A stretch of 64,000 nt of DNA. Source: Bacteroidia bacterium (lineage in GTDB: Bacteria; Bacteroidota; Bacteroidia; M30B66). Where the stretch lies: assembly GCA_965279035.1 (NCBI GenBank), contig OZ257142.1:832001-896000 (forward strand). Direction: 5' to 3'. The position numbers and the translations under genes were made by a program. The notes beneath the pieces were generated by a model. It searched no databases and had not been told where the DNA came from. It saw only the letters and a list, made by a program, of their open reading frames with translations. Below are positions 9,632-18,588 of this stretch, one piece after another; the first letter of the stretch is position 1, and every line of letters starts with the position of its first letter.

Positions 9632-10504
9632 TTAAACTTCATTAATCCAAGATGGTTTGTTCTCCCATAAGTGTGTTAGCACTTCGGGAAATGGTTTGAG
9701 CCATCTCAATAGTTCCTTACTTGGATGATATACTTGTTCATCTTTTTGTCCATCATCCTCAATTTCAATTTCAAGCTTAGATTCGGGAAGATTGGACACT
9801 AAGTGTATGAAACCTGCTGTTGAAATTGTATCTCTTCCTGATGCAATAAAAACCCCCGACAACTTATTTTCAGCTACTCGAATTAAGCATTCACTTGCTT
9901 CTTCAGCGGAAATATAATTCCGATACGATTCGAGACGTTTGGCTTGAAGTACTTGACCTGCATTTCCTTTAGCAGCAGCAAGTAGCATCCGATTCCAAAA
10001 GAGTGTTGGTTTGATTTGCCATCCCCAAATTCCTGCAATACGAAGGATTGCTTGTTTCTCTGGTTCTAAAACTATTTTCCAAACATTTTCAGCCGCAATT
10101 TTTCCTGCTCCATACAAGTTGGATGGCTCTGCCCAAGTCGTATCATCAACCGAAATTAATGATTGTGAATATACATTGACGCCACTTACCAAAACGGAAA
10201 ATCCGATTCCTGAATTTCTTGCCCAAGTTGCCAAGTTTATTGCCATTGCAGCATTTTCTAGCAAGCCTTCGGGATCAAACCATTTAACCGATGCAGCCGC
10301 ATGAATGAGTATAGTATTGGCCGGATCGCTCAGTGAAATCTTTTCTGAAAGTTGTTTTGTCGCATCATTACTACATAGATCAATTCCACCAGCTCTTGGG
10401 GAAGAAATGGGGATGATTTCAGCATTGGGAAAAAGCGTTTTTGCTTGATTGATGATCGCCTTTCCAAGAAATCCAGAAGCTCCTGTAATAATAATCGATT
10501 TCAT
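9632..10504 (-). CDS. Divergent NAD-dependent epimerase/dehydratase
   Basis: ITGASGFLG, IHAAA and YGAGK (YxxxK). Confidence 0.8.
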   Translation of the reverse strand: MKSIIITGASGFLGKAIINQAKTLFPNAEIIPISSPRAGGIDLCSNDATKQLSEKISLSDPANTILIHAAASVKWFDPEGLLENAAMAINLATWARNSGIGFSVLVSGVNVYSQSLISVDDTTWAEPSNLYGAGKIAAENVWKIVLEPEKQAILRIAGIWGWQIKPTLFWNRMLLAAAKGNAGQVLQAKRLESYRNYISAEEASECLIRVAENKLSGVFIASGRDTISTAGFIHLVSNLPESKLEIEIEDDGQKDEQVYHPSKELLRWLKPFPEVLTHLWENKPSWINEV

Positions 10505-10510
10505 TCTTAA

Positions 10511-11431
10511 TCACGAAATATGTGGTCGCACATCAAATTTTGTAGCTAGAATCGCATTTTCAGGAAGCAAGCATGGAATTCCTCCAACGATAGGATAAGC
10601 AAGTAAACCTTCGGGAGAATAATAACAATCGGCTCGTTTCTCCAATTTTGTTTTAGTAATTGGACAGGAAACTGGTGTATCAATTTTTGACGAATTATTC
10701 TCGTTCTCCACCGAAATCAAAATAATTCCTGAAGGATTCAAAGGAGTCATGATGCATTCCATCAATTGATACATTTCAATCTTCATCCCGAGCTTTTCGG
10801 CAGTTGCTTTCAAATTTCTCACATATCCATGATGACGCATGCGCTCTTGTGCCGCTTCGGTTGCGAGCTCATAAATAGGCTCAAAAAGAACGAGGTATTT
10901 TTTGGTCACCCGAAATAATTCTTTCAATATTTCTTCCTCTCTACTACCATTAGGCTCTATTGCATGTGAGGTAAAAACGACATCAACCGATTTATCTGCA
11001 AGTGGAATATTAAATAAATCACCCGTAAATAAATTGGCATGTCCAAAACCTTTGTTTTGAAGATACATTTTCGCGAAACTGACTCTTGACCAAGAGATGT
11101 CAAAACCATAAATATTGGATGGTTTATTATTGAGAAGAGGAAGCATATTTCCCAAGGTTGTAGCTTCTCCAATACCTGCTTCTAAAATAGAATCGAATGG
11201 ACCAATTTTATTGAGAATGGATGCGATTTCGCTGCAGTAAACTAAATTCTTATCATGATTTTCGTTGGCGTATTGAATGTAATTTCCAGTTTGAAAATCA
11301 TAACTAATTTGAATTGCTTCGGTTGTATTGTATTGAGTTTTCTCAATATCACGAAGTAAATTGATGATATTCTCTCCCTTACTGTAACTCTCTTTTACAT
11401 GCAAAAGATGTTTGTATAATTTATTATTCAT
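10511..11431 (-). CDS. Class I SAM methyltransferase with C-terminal Trm112-like domain
   Basis: SAM motif ILEAGIGEA, GFDISWSR and DVVFTSHAIE. The C-terminus SCPITKTKL...LAYPIVGGIPCLL resembles Trm112/YcaR. Confidence 0.8.
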   Translation of the reverse strand: MNNKLYKHLLHVKESYSKGENIINLLRDIEKTQYNTTEAIQISYDFQTGNYIQYANENHDKNLVYCSEIASILNKIGPFDSILEAGIGEATTLGNMLPLLNNKPSNIYGFDISWSRVSFAKMYLQNKGFGHANLFTGDLFNIPLADKSVDVVFTSHAIEPNGSREEEILKELFRVTKKYLVLFEPIYELATEAAQERMRHHGYVRNLKATAEKLGMKIEMYQLMECIMTPLNPSGIILISVENENNSSKIDTPVSCPITKTKLEKRADCYYSPEGLLAYPIVGGIPCLLPENAILATKFDVRPHIS

Positions 11432-11497
11432 CAGCGTCTTTTTTTAAATTGAAAACAAAATTCAAAAATGATTTATCAAGCGAAAGAATTCATATTC

Positions 11498-12226
11498 TCA
11501 TACTTTGAGTAGTTTATTCATTAATTCTTGTTTTGAAATATTTCCACTCATTAATATTTCATAACTCTTTTCTCCGCAATTAAACATTAAATCAAATACA
11601 GTCATATAGGGCTCAAAAGCACCGTATTTCTGAGGATATACAGGATGATTGTAGCTTTGGAAATCGATTTGAATTCCTTCGTTGTGAAATGAATCCGCAT
11701 TCGCATAATTTTTTCCTAATGCACCAAAAAGAAATAACTCAGGCTTTACTTTTTTACACATATCCAACACTAAATCTGATTTTTTCCCTGTTAAATCTAA
11801 ATCATGACCGTAAAGAATATCTACATGGATATTTAAATCTTTTAAAATAAACCGTAGAATATAATCATTGAGTTCCGCTAAATACTCCCAATCCATGCTA
11901 TATAATTCACGGAAAAATGAAATGTATTTATCGTAATATAAGGTCTTTGAATAATTGTATTCTATCGACCGTAAATGCTTTTTTTTCCAATTCCGTTTAT
12001 TGTCAATTTGTAAATCTTGAAGTTTAATATCAATTTTACCATATGTATAAACAGGAACAGTAAGCCAGAGAGGACCTTTAGAAGTTTTTATTTTATTTCG
12101 ACTGTTCCAATCTTCTTTCAAATATTGAACAGTATCAAAAACTACATAGGCATCTGAAACGGCAATTTTATGAATCAATCCACACCAAGGCAAATAAACT
12201 GGTTGATGGGAAGTGAGGATTTTCAT
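11498..12226 (-). CDS. WbqC-family protein
   Basis: HQPVYLPW, DTVQY...WNSRNKIKT..G.LWLTVPV, Y.HPVYPQ and PYMTVFDLMFN are typical of WbqC. Confidence 0.9.
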   Translation of the reverse strand: MKILTSHQPVYLPWCGLIHKIAVSDAYVVFDTVQYLKEDWNSRNKIKTSKGPLWLTVPVYTYGKIDIKLQDLQIDNKRNWKKKHLRSIEYNYSKTLYYDKYISFFRELYSMDWEYLAELNDYILRFILKDLNIHVDILYGHDLDLTGKKSDLVLDMCKKVKPELFLFGALGKNYANADSFHNEGIQIDFQSYNHPVYPQKYGAFEPYMTVFDLMFNCGEKSYEILMSGNISKQELMNKLLKV

Positions 12227-12259
12227 TGGATTGATTCTTCAAAAATGGATGATCGTGTA

Positions 12260-12961
12260 TTATTGTGTTTTGTTGTTGATCGCAACGACTTCCCACTCAG
12301 CATGAATTCTAACAGCTGGTAAAGTAACATCTTCGAATGATTTATGAGTAATACTTTTGATTTCCCAGCCTTTTTCTAAAACATCAAAAATGTTGTTCTT
12401 CCCATAAAAACACATGGTATGGCTTCCGCTAGGACCACCATCGGAATTATGAATCATCCCATCTTCTCCCATTTTTCCTGAAGCAAATAGAGAATTACGT
12501 TCACTGTAAGGAGTAAAATAAAAAACACCTTGATTGAGTAGCACTCTTTTTATTTCACGTATTGTTTCTTTTGCCAAATTGAAATTTACATAGGAAACAG
12601 ATCCTCTGTCGATTACAATATCAAATGAATTGTCAGGAAAAGGAAGTTTTGTGAAATCACCCACAATAAATTCGCCTTCTAAGTTTTCATCTTTAAAGCG
12701 TTTGCGTGCATATTCAACAGCGGTTGCACTACCTTCAATTCCTGTTACGGAGAAGCCTTCACGAGCAGCAAACCACAAATTATTTCCTGTCCCACTGCCA
12801 ACTTCAAGAATCCGAACATCTTTTCGCTCTTTATTTCTAGGATAATTTTTGAAAAGAAAAGCAACAACAGAATCGTAGGGATAACGTACAATGTTTTTGT
12901 CTTTACTGTAAATATCTTCTTCCCAGATTCGTATCGTGTCGCTATTCATTGCTTGAATCAT
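12260..12961 (-). CDS. Class I SAM-dependent methyltransferase
   Basis: ILEVGSGTGNN motif I and LPFPDNSFDIVIDRG. ATGA-coupled to the NeuB gene. Confidence 0.9.
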   Translation of the reverse strand: MIQAMNSDTIRIWEEDIYSKDKNIVRYPYDSVVAFLFKNYPRNKERKDVRILEVGSGTGNNLWFAAREGFSVTGIEGSATAVEYARKRFKDENLEGEFIVGDFTKLPFPDNSFDIVIDRGSVSYVNFNLAKETIREIKRVLLNQGVFYFTPYSERNSLFASGKMGEDGMIHNSDGGPSGSHTMCFYGKNNIFDVLEKGWEIKSITHKSFEDVTLPAVRIHAEWEVVAINNKTQ

Positions 12962-14013
12962 TCAAAATTAGTATATGAAAATTGTTGCCCCTTTTTCATG
13001 TCTTTGAGGAGTGTTTTCCCAATCAAAGCTGAGATTGACGATGGTGGAATTCCGGTTGAAGGCTTTAAGAAAATAATATCTTCTTCCTTTATTTTTTGTC
13101 CTTTGGATAAATCCGATTTTGCTGCACATGAAAAACGATAATTCAATCGACTATGTGATTCAGATGCTGTTGGACCGATAATCGAAGTTCCCAAACAGGT
13201 TTCCATCATTCTCACATCACGAATTAATTGACTTAATTCTTTGGGATCGGATGAAAATCGGTGGTCTGGCCCGGGAAGACTTTTATCGAGCGTGAAATGT
13301 TTTTCTATGAAGCAAGCATTGAAAACGATCGAGCCAATTGCTGCTAATGAGCCATCAGTATGATCGCTAAATCCAACAGGAACAAGGAATGTGCTTTCTA
13401 AGGTTTGGATTTTACGGAGATTTACATCTTCCAATGGAGTAGGGTAGGACGAAGTGCAATGAAGCAAAATTAAATCAGTACCACCGGCATCTTTAAATGC
13501 ACGAACAGAATCATCAATCTCACCAAGAACAGCCATTCCAGTAGATAAAACTGTGGGGATTTTGGTCTTCGCCATATCCCGAATTAAGGAATGATTTACA
13601 AGCGCATCAGAACCATTTTTAAGCAGCGGAGTGTTGATTGCAACAAGATCTTCGAGTGTTTCACGACTTGAAGGAGTACTGAAAAAAATAATCCCTTTCT
13701 TTTCGCAATAATTCTTCAGAAGAAATAATTGTTCCCGACTAAGTTCATAGCGGTTAAACATATCCAGCTGACTTTCAGTTACTTCTTTCCCTTGAGAAAT
13801 GTAAGTGTACTGAAGCGAATCATCAGCAAATAAATCTGACGTTTTATAATTCTGGAATTTAACGGAATCACATCCGGATTCAACTGCAGCATCAATCATT
13901 TTTACTGCAAGATCCATATCACCATTGTGATTAATCCCAATCTCCGCAGCTATAAATGAAGGATTTCCATTTCCAATTAATCGCCCCGCAACTCTTACTG
14001 GGTTCACATACAT
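12958..14013 (-). CDS. neuB: NeuB-family nonulosonic acid synthase with C-terminal SAF domain
   Basis: AEIGINHNG, VKFQ, LLHCTSSYP, GFSDHT and IEKHFTLD..LPGPDH, with a SAF/antifreeze-like tail. Confidence 0.9.
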   Translation of the reverse strand: MYVNPVRVAGRLIGNGNPSFIAAEIGINHNGDMDLAVKMIDAAVESGCDSVKFQNYKTSDLFADDSLQYTYISQGKEVTESQLDMFNRYELSREQLFLLKNYCEKKGIIFFSTPSSRETLEDLVAINTPLLKNGSDALVNHSLIRDMAKTKIPTVLSTGMAVLGEIDDSVRAFKDAGGTDLILLHCTSSYPTPLEDVNLRKIQTLESTFLVPVGFSDHTDGSLAAIGSIVFNACFIEKHFTLDKSLPGPDHRFSSDPKELSQLIRDVRMMETCLGTSIIGPTASESHSRLNYRFSCAAKSDLSKGQKIKEEDIIFLKPSTGIPPSSISALIGKTLLKDMKKGQQFSYTNFE

Positions 14014-14021
14014 ACCTTGTT

Positions 14022-14027
14022 CCTCCT
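14022..14027 (-). promoter_or_regulatory. Shine-Dalgarno-like AGGAGG upstream of neuB
   Basis: Minus strand reads TAAAGGAGGAACAAGGT-ATG, with 8 nt between AGGAGG and the ATG. Confidence 0.6.
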
Positions 14028-14059
14028 TTAAAAACAGAATTATTTCTGATAGTAAGAGG

Positions 14060-14090
14060 CAAATATATGCTATTAATTTTATTCGTCAAA
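14060..14090 (-). promoter_or_regulatory. Bacteroidota sigma-A promoter TTTG-N19-TATATTTG for the neuB sub-operon
   Basis: -33 TTTG at 14087-14090, a 19-nt spacer, and -7 TATATTTG at 14060-14067. Confidence 0.75.
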
Positions 14091-14098
14091 TGAAGGGT

Positions 14099-15100
14099 TT
14101 ATGCCTCTGGATTAGGACGTATCCCAAGTGTAGACAATATTGATTTACAGGCTATTTCAGCACCATCTTTCGGGACAATTTCAAAGCTATTTTGATGGAT
14201 ATTTAACCTTGCTTGTTTTCCAATTAATAATTGAATTTGTTCTTCTATTTTTTCTTTCAGATTGGGATCATTATGAGCAATTAATTCATGTTGAAATCCT
14301 TGATTGAGATAGAAATTTTGATTCAACTTTTGATCAGGACTCATGTATATTCCAATGGCTGGAGTTCCAAGGTATGCAAGCTCATGCAGCGTTTGTCCAC
14401 AACCACAAATCACCAAGTCGGAAGTTTGATAAAGCTTGATCATTTCTTCGGCAGTTTGTTGCCCAAGAATTTGAATATCAGGAAATAAATGATTCAAATT
14501 ATCTCCAGAATGATGATCAGGAGAAATTAATGTGATACGTGATTTTGGAAGTTTTGATTTTATTATTTCACATAAAATAGCCGATATATTATGCACATCG
14601 GAGCCACCAATGGTGATAACAACTTGCTCTATTTCAGTATGAATAGATTGAAATTCTCTATTCGCTTGTTTAAATTCTTTTCGTAAAACGATATAGTCTT
14701 TTCCCATCAACATCTTTCCTGATTGTTTAGAATAATCAAGCTGTTCGAGTGTTACTCCTGGATTTAAGACTAGTGGAACGGGATAGATAATTCGGTTAAA
14801 ATCATCTATAGCACAAACATGTTGATATGTTGATGCTATTTCAGCATACGTTTCAGCACCAGCTAGATAGGAATCAATAATAGCTAAGGTTTTATTTTTC
14901 CCATTTCGTAACGTTGAATCTTGATGCCAATTACCAAGTTGAATTTCAGTATCTAAAATACCTTCTTCTCCCTTTAAAAATAAAATGATATTCGTTTTAA
15001 AACCATTTCGTGAAAATGCATCTGCAATAGACTTACAGCGCATAAAATGCCCATATCCAATGCCTTGTCCCACTTCGGTATAAATAACTAATTCATTCAT
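14099..15100 (-). CDS. PseG/SpsG-like UDP-sugar hydrolase (GT28-like fold)
   Basis: GIGYGHFMRC, IIDSY, IDD, ITIGGSD and GCGQTLHEL...GTP. No fused GNAT domain. Confidence 0.8.
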   Translation of the reverse strand: MNELVIYTEVGQGIGYGHFMRCKSIADAFSRNGFKTNIILFLKGEEGILDTEIQLGNWHQDSTLRNGKNKTLAIIDSYLAGAETYAEIASTYQHVCAIDDFNRIIYPVPLVLNPGVTLEQLDYSKQSGKMLMGKDYIVLRKEFKQANREFQSIHTEIEQVVITIGGSDVHNISAILCEIIKSKLPKSRITLISPDHHSGDNLNHLFPDIQILGQQTAEEMIKLYQTSDLVICGCGQTLHELAYLGTPAIGIYMSPDQKLNQNFYLNQGFQHELIAHNDPNLKEKIEEQIQLLIGKQARLNIHQNSFEIVPKDGAEIACKSILSTLGIRPNPEA

Positions 15101-15132
15101 TTTTATTGATTTTCAACCGAAGTAAAAAAGCA

Positions 15133-16071
15133 TTATAAAATATATTCTTCGTAACCACGATAAAATTTTCTACCTGCTTCCACTGCTGTATAATCCGATA
15201 TAGGTAAGTCAAGCGAATCTTGAATGGTCCATATTAAATCTTGATATCCCATCATGTGGCGAAATTTAACTGTGCCCGAAAAGCGTGGATTAATTTCAAA
15301 TACACATGGACCTTTTGAACTCAACTTTAATTGCACATTGATCGATCCTACTAAGTCGATCTTTTCTGCAATTTGATTTAAAAGCAAATCTATTTCTTCA
15401 TTCTTTACGACAAAACCAAACCCAGAAGCTCCATCAGCTAGTTTTCGATTGTAAATGATTGTGCGAACTTCCTTGTTTTTAGAACGGAATAATCCACACG
15501 TAAATTCATCTTCATCATCTTCTAATAATTCCTGAACAATAAATCCTGGATTTTTTTGCTTTTGGAAATCAAAGTCCTCTTTATTTTTAATAATAAATAA
15601 CGATTTACTTCCTGCTCCTTTTCGGCTTTTTAAAATAATTGGTTTGATATAATTGGGGTAATCTTCAATCAAGATTGTCTCTGGAAATGGAAGTCCAGAT
15701 GCCTTTAAAAATTGCGATGTTTCGTATTTATCAAAGCCAATTTGTCTCGATTTTAAATTCGGACAAATCAGTTTCTTATCTAAGAAAAATGAATCTATTT
15801 CTAGATCTGTTAAATACCTTAATTCGGGTTCAGAAACAGGAATAATTATATCTATTTTATTTTTCTCAATTATTTCCTGTAACGATTTTTGGTAATTGGA
15901 ATTTGAAATCGGTGGGACTTTGATGAAATGATCAAAAATAAAAATGGCACTTGTTTCGTCACTGATGTCTGTGCCTGTGATACTTCCAGTTAATGGATGT
16001 GTATTAAGAATCTTCCCAATACTTTGGCCAATATCTCCACCACAACCAAGAACAAGAATATTTATTTTCAT
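15133..16071 (-). CDS. ATP-grasp protein (carbamoyl-phosphate-synthase-like single domain)
   Basis: DKYET, ILKSRKGAGSK, IVQE, INVQ and FEINPRFSG ATP-grasp signatures. Confidence 0.85.
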   Translation of the reverse strand: MKINILVLGCGGDIGQSIGKILNTHPLTGSITGTDISDETSAIFIFDHFIKVPPISNSNYQKSLQEIIEKNKIDIIIPVSEPELRYLTDLEIDSFFLDKKLICPNLKSRQIGFDKYETSQFLKASGLPFPETILIEDYPNYIKPIILKSRKGAGSKSLFIIKNKEDFDFQKQKNPGFIVQELLEDDEDEFTCGLFRSKNKEVRTIIYNRKLADGASGFGFVVKNEEIDLLLNQIAEKIDLVGSINVQLKLSSKGPCVFEINPRFSGTVKFRHMMGYQDLIWTIQDSLDLPISDYTAVEAGRKFYRGYEEYIL

Positions 16072-16073
16072 AG

Positions 16074-16775
16074 TTATTTATTTCGAATCAAGATATTTTT
16101 CAAATATACAATATCAGAATCGATCGCCTCTACTTCTCGTATCAATGCTTCTGTATCGTATGGAGTTGAATTTAATTGTACGGTTTGATTTTCTGTATTG
16201 ATTATTGCCCATTCTGCTAACCCTCCTCTTCTTCTCGATTGTCCAACCGATCCAACATTGACCAATAAACTACTCGCCGTTTTATACACAAATGGATAAT
16301 GAGAATGCCCAGTCAAAACAATGGAATAGTTTGAATCAGCACATTTTTCTAATATGTCTTTTGGAGAATCTGGATAGAGGTAATAATCCAATTCGAAAGG
16401 TGCTCCATGACTCATCAATACTGAGCAATCGTCTTGTTGAATTGCATTTTTCGTTGGAGCTTGTGTGATGAATTCAATCTCAGCTTCACTTAATCTTTTC
16501 AAGGCTTCTTGATGCCCGCTACCATATTTCTTTCGCAATTCTTCTCCATCAATCTGACCTTGTTTGAGTTTTAGTAATATATCTTCATGATTACCACGAA
16601 TAAATGAAAAATCCCATTGCTTTAATTCTTCGAGAATGATGTCTGGACGGTAGTAATAACCTACAACATCACCTAAAATCAGGAGCTTTTCAATCTTCGC
16701 TTTACGAATGTCTTCCAGTACTTTTTGGAAAGCATACTGATTGCCATGTAAGTCGGATAGAACTGCAATTTTCAT
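16074..16775 (-). CDS. Calcineurin-like metallophosphoesterase (YfcE/MJ0936-like)
   Basis: SDLHGN, LGD, RGNHE, SHG, GHSH and NVGSVGQ motifs. Confidence 0.9.
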   Translation of the reverse strand: MKIAVLSDLHGNQYAFQKVLEDIRKAKIEKLLILGDVVGYYYRPDIILEELKQWDFSFIRGNHEDILLKLKQGQIDGEELRKKYGSGHQEALKRLSEAEIEFITQAPTKNAIQQDDCSVLMSHGAPFELDYYLYPDSPKDILEKCADSNYSIVLTGHSHYPFVYKTASSLLVNVGSVGQSRRRGGLAEWAIINTENQTVQLNSTPYDTEALIREVEAIDSDIVYLKNILIRNK

Positions 16776-16926
16776 TTTTTGAGATTAGAAGATGGCAAAG
16801 TAAAACTCATCGCAAATTGATTAAAATATTTTCAAAATATATGATAGAAGTTATTAGAATTGAAAATATTAATTCTAGCTATGTTGCTATTATCTAGTCT
16901 TTTATTAAGAGGTTTTGTCCTAATTT

Positions 16927-16960
16927 GAGGAATCAATTTGAGTGAAAAAATCAATTCCTC
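16927..16960 (-). terminator. RNA hairpin immediately downstream of the spsF-like gene (no U-tract)
   Basis: Minus strand GAGGAAUUGAUUU-N8-AAAUUGAUUCCUC forms a 13-bp stem with two G.U pairs that form only on this strand. Confidence 0.5.
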
Positions 16961-16969
16961 TACACGTTT

Positions 16970-17806
16970 TCAATCCTCAAGTTTAGAAGCAGCATAATTT
17001 AGCTCTAATCTTCTTAACACATCAACTGCGTAATCAATCTCATCTTTTGAAGACATTCCCGGTTTTTTTTGAAATGTACTTTTATTTAAATGCATAATCC
17101 AAGGTTTTGATTGGGCAAGAGTTGCTAATTCGTTCATCCCAAAGCTTGGATTTTTATCATACAACTGATCAAATACAGCACACAAACTCGTATAATCTTC
17201 TTTCGTATCAAGCGTTAGGCGCCATTCTGAAAAAGGCATTAATTCTTTTTCCGCTTCCATCTTCGCAATCTTGAATGTATCCGGATGATTTCGAACATAG
17301 AGTGTCACATGCTCTCGATCCGATTCCGTTAAATCTTTGGCATCTAAAGATTGATTCAAAGATTTAAGACGAACAATTTCAATATTCATCCCAGTTGGAT
17401 AACCTGTAGAATATGTGTAATCAGCATGCTCATTCAAATGAAGTTCAATTCCTTTTGAAATAATTTCAGGATCAATGCAGGGATTATCGCCTGTTATACG
17501 AACTACGTGATCGGCACCAAATTTCTTTGCAGCTCCTATGTACCTTATTAAAACATTGTCTTCATCACCTCTAAAAACCCCTATCGGATTGGGTTTATGA
17601 TTCTCTGCCCATTGCTCAATTGCATCGTCTTCTTCTAAATCTGGACAAGCAATCGCAATTCCTTGAGCATTTTTCACTTGCGTAATTCGGCGAATAATGT
17701 GTTCGAGAACAGATGGTCCACTTGGCTCAGGAAGCGGCATTAACGTTTTTCCACTTAAACGGTTTGAACCCATACGGGCTTGAATAATTAACCAAACCGA
17801 ATTCAT
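16970..17806 (-). CDS. SpsF-type CMP-nonulosonate cytidylyltransferase
   Basis: IIQARMGSNRLSGK, RGDEDNVL.RY, VRITGDNP, REHVT and RLTLDT..D. ATGA-coupled start at 17806. Confidence 0.85.
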   Translation of the reverse strand: MNSVWLIIQARMGSNRLSGKTLMPLPEPSGPSVLEHIIRRITQVKNAQGIAIACPDLEEDDAIEQWAENHKPNPIGVFRGDEDNVLIRYIGAAKKFGADHVVRITGDNPCIDPEIISKGIELHLNEHADYTYSTGYPTGMNIEIVRLKSLNQSLDAKDLTESDREHVTLYVRNHPDTFKIAKMEAEKELMPFSEWRLTLDTKEDYTSLCAVFDQLYDKNPSFGMNELATLAQSKPWIMHLNKSTFQKKPGMSSKDEIDYAVDVLRRLELNYAASKLED

Positions 17807-18588
17807 TTGATTGTCCATCCTCCGTCAATTACTAAATTATGTCCTGTTATAAAGGAAGCCGATGGGGAGCTTAAAAAGATTACTGCTCCTTGCAACTCCA
17901 CTGGTTTTCCAATCCGTTTCAGGGAAGTTTTTTCACTCAATTTCGAAATAAACGCTTCTTCTTTTTGAACTTCCGCCGAGGGAAATGGTCCGGGTGAAAT
18001 GGCATTCACTAAAATTCCTTCTCTTCCTAAATATTCAGCAAAATACTTGGTGAGCTGAATAACACCCGCTTTGGCTGCTCCATAATGTGGTGGATTCATC
18101 ATCTCCGGATTGTTGTCGTACACGCTAAAATCGGGCGACACAATGCCATACATAGAACCTACATTAATGATTCTACCAGATTTTCTTTTTCTGAAATAAG
18201 GAATTACTTCTCGTATAGCTGCATATACACTTTGGAATGTGCCATGCATCGTTTCGGAAATTGCTTGATCACTTAATTTTTCCGGTTCTCCATCCACAGT
18301 AATCGAAATTGCATTGTTGATGAGTACATCGATGCGATTGAATTTTTCCCAAACAGCACGAAACAATTCTTTCAAATCTTCTGTCTGCGTTATGTCGGTT
18401 TTATTGAAATGAAGGTTGCTATTTGATTGAGGAAATGCTGCTGAAAATTTCTCTTCTGATCTACCTGCAACAACCACAGTTGCTCCTGCATCCAATAAGC
18501 CTTCTACCATACTTTTCCCTAAATAGCCATAGCCTCCGCTAATAACAACGACCTGATTTTCAAGAGAGAAAAGACGTGATAGATTCAT
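17803..18588 (-). CDS. Classical SDR oxidoreductase (PtmA/gluconate-5-dehydrogenase-like)
   Basis: SGGYGYLG, LINNA, GSMYG, YGAAK, VNAISPG and IDGGW. ATGA-coupled. Confidence 0.9.
   Translation of the reverse strand: MNLSRLFSLENQVVVISGGYGYLGKSMVEGLLDAGATVVVAGRSEEKFSAAFPQSNSNLHFNKTDITQTEDLKELFRAVWEKFNRIDVLINNAISITVDGEPEKLSDQAISETMHGTFQSVYAAIREVIPYFRKRKSGRIINVGSMYGIVSPDFSVYDNNPEMMNPPHYGAAKAGVIQLTKYFAEYLGREGILVNAISPGPFPSAEVQKEEAFISKLSEKTSLKRIGKPVELQGAVIFLSSPSASFITGHNLVIDGGWTIK

Noticed and set aside
16790-16810. Possible promoter TTACTTTG upstream of the metallophosphoesterase gene
   Set aside because: It mismatches the TAnnTTTG consensus at the conserved A and has no -33 element at 19-21 nt, so it was left unannotated.
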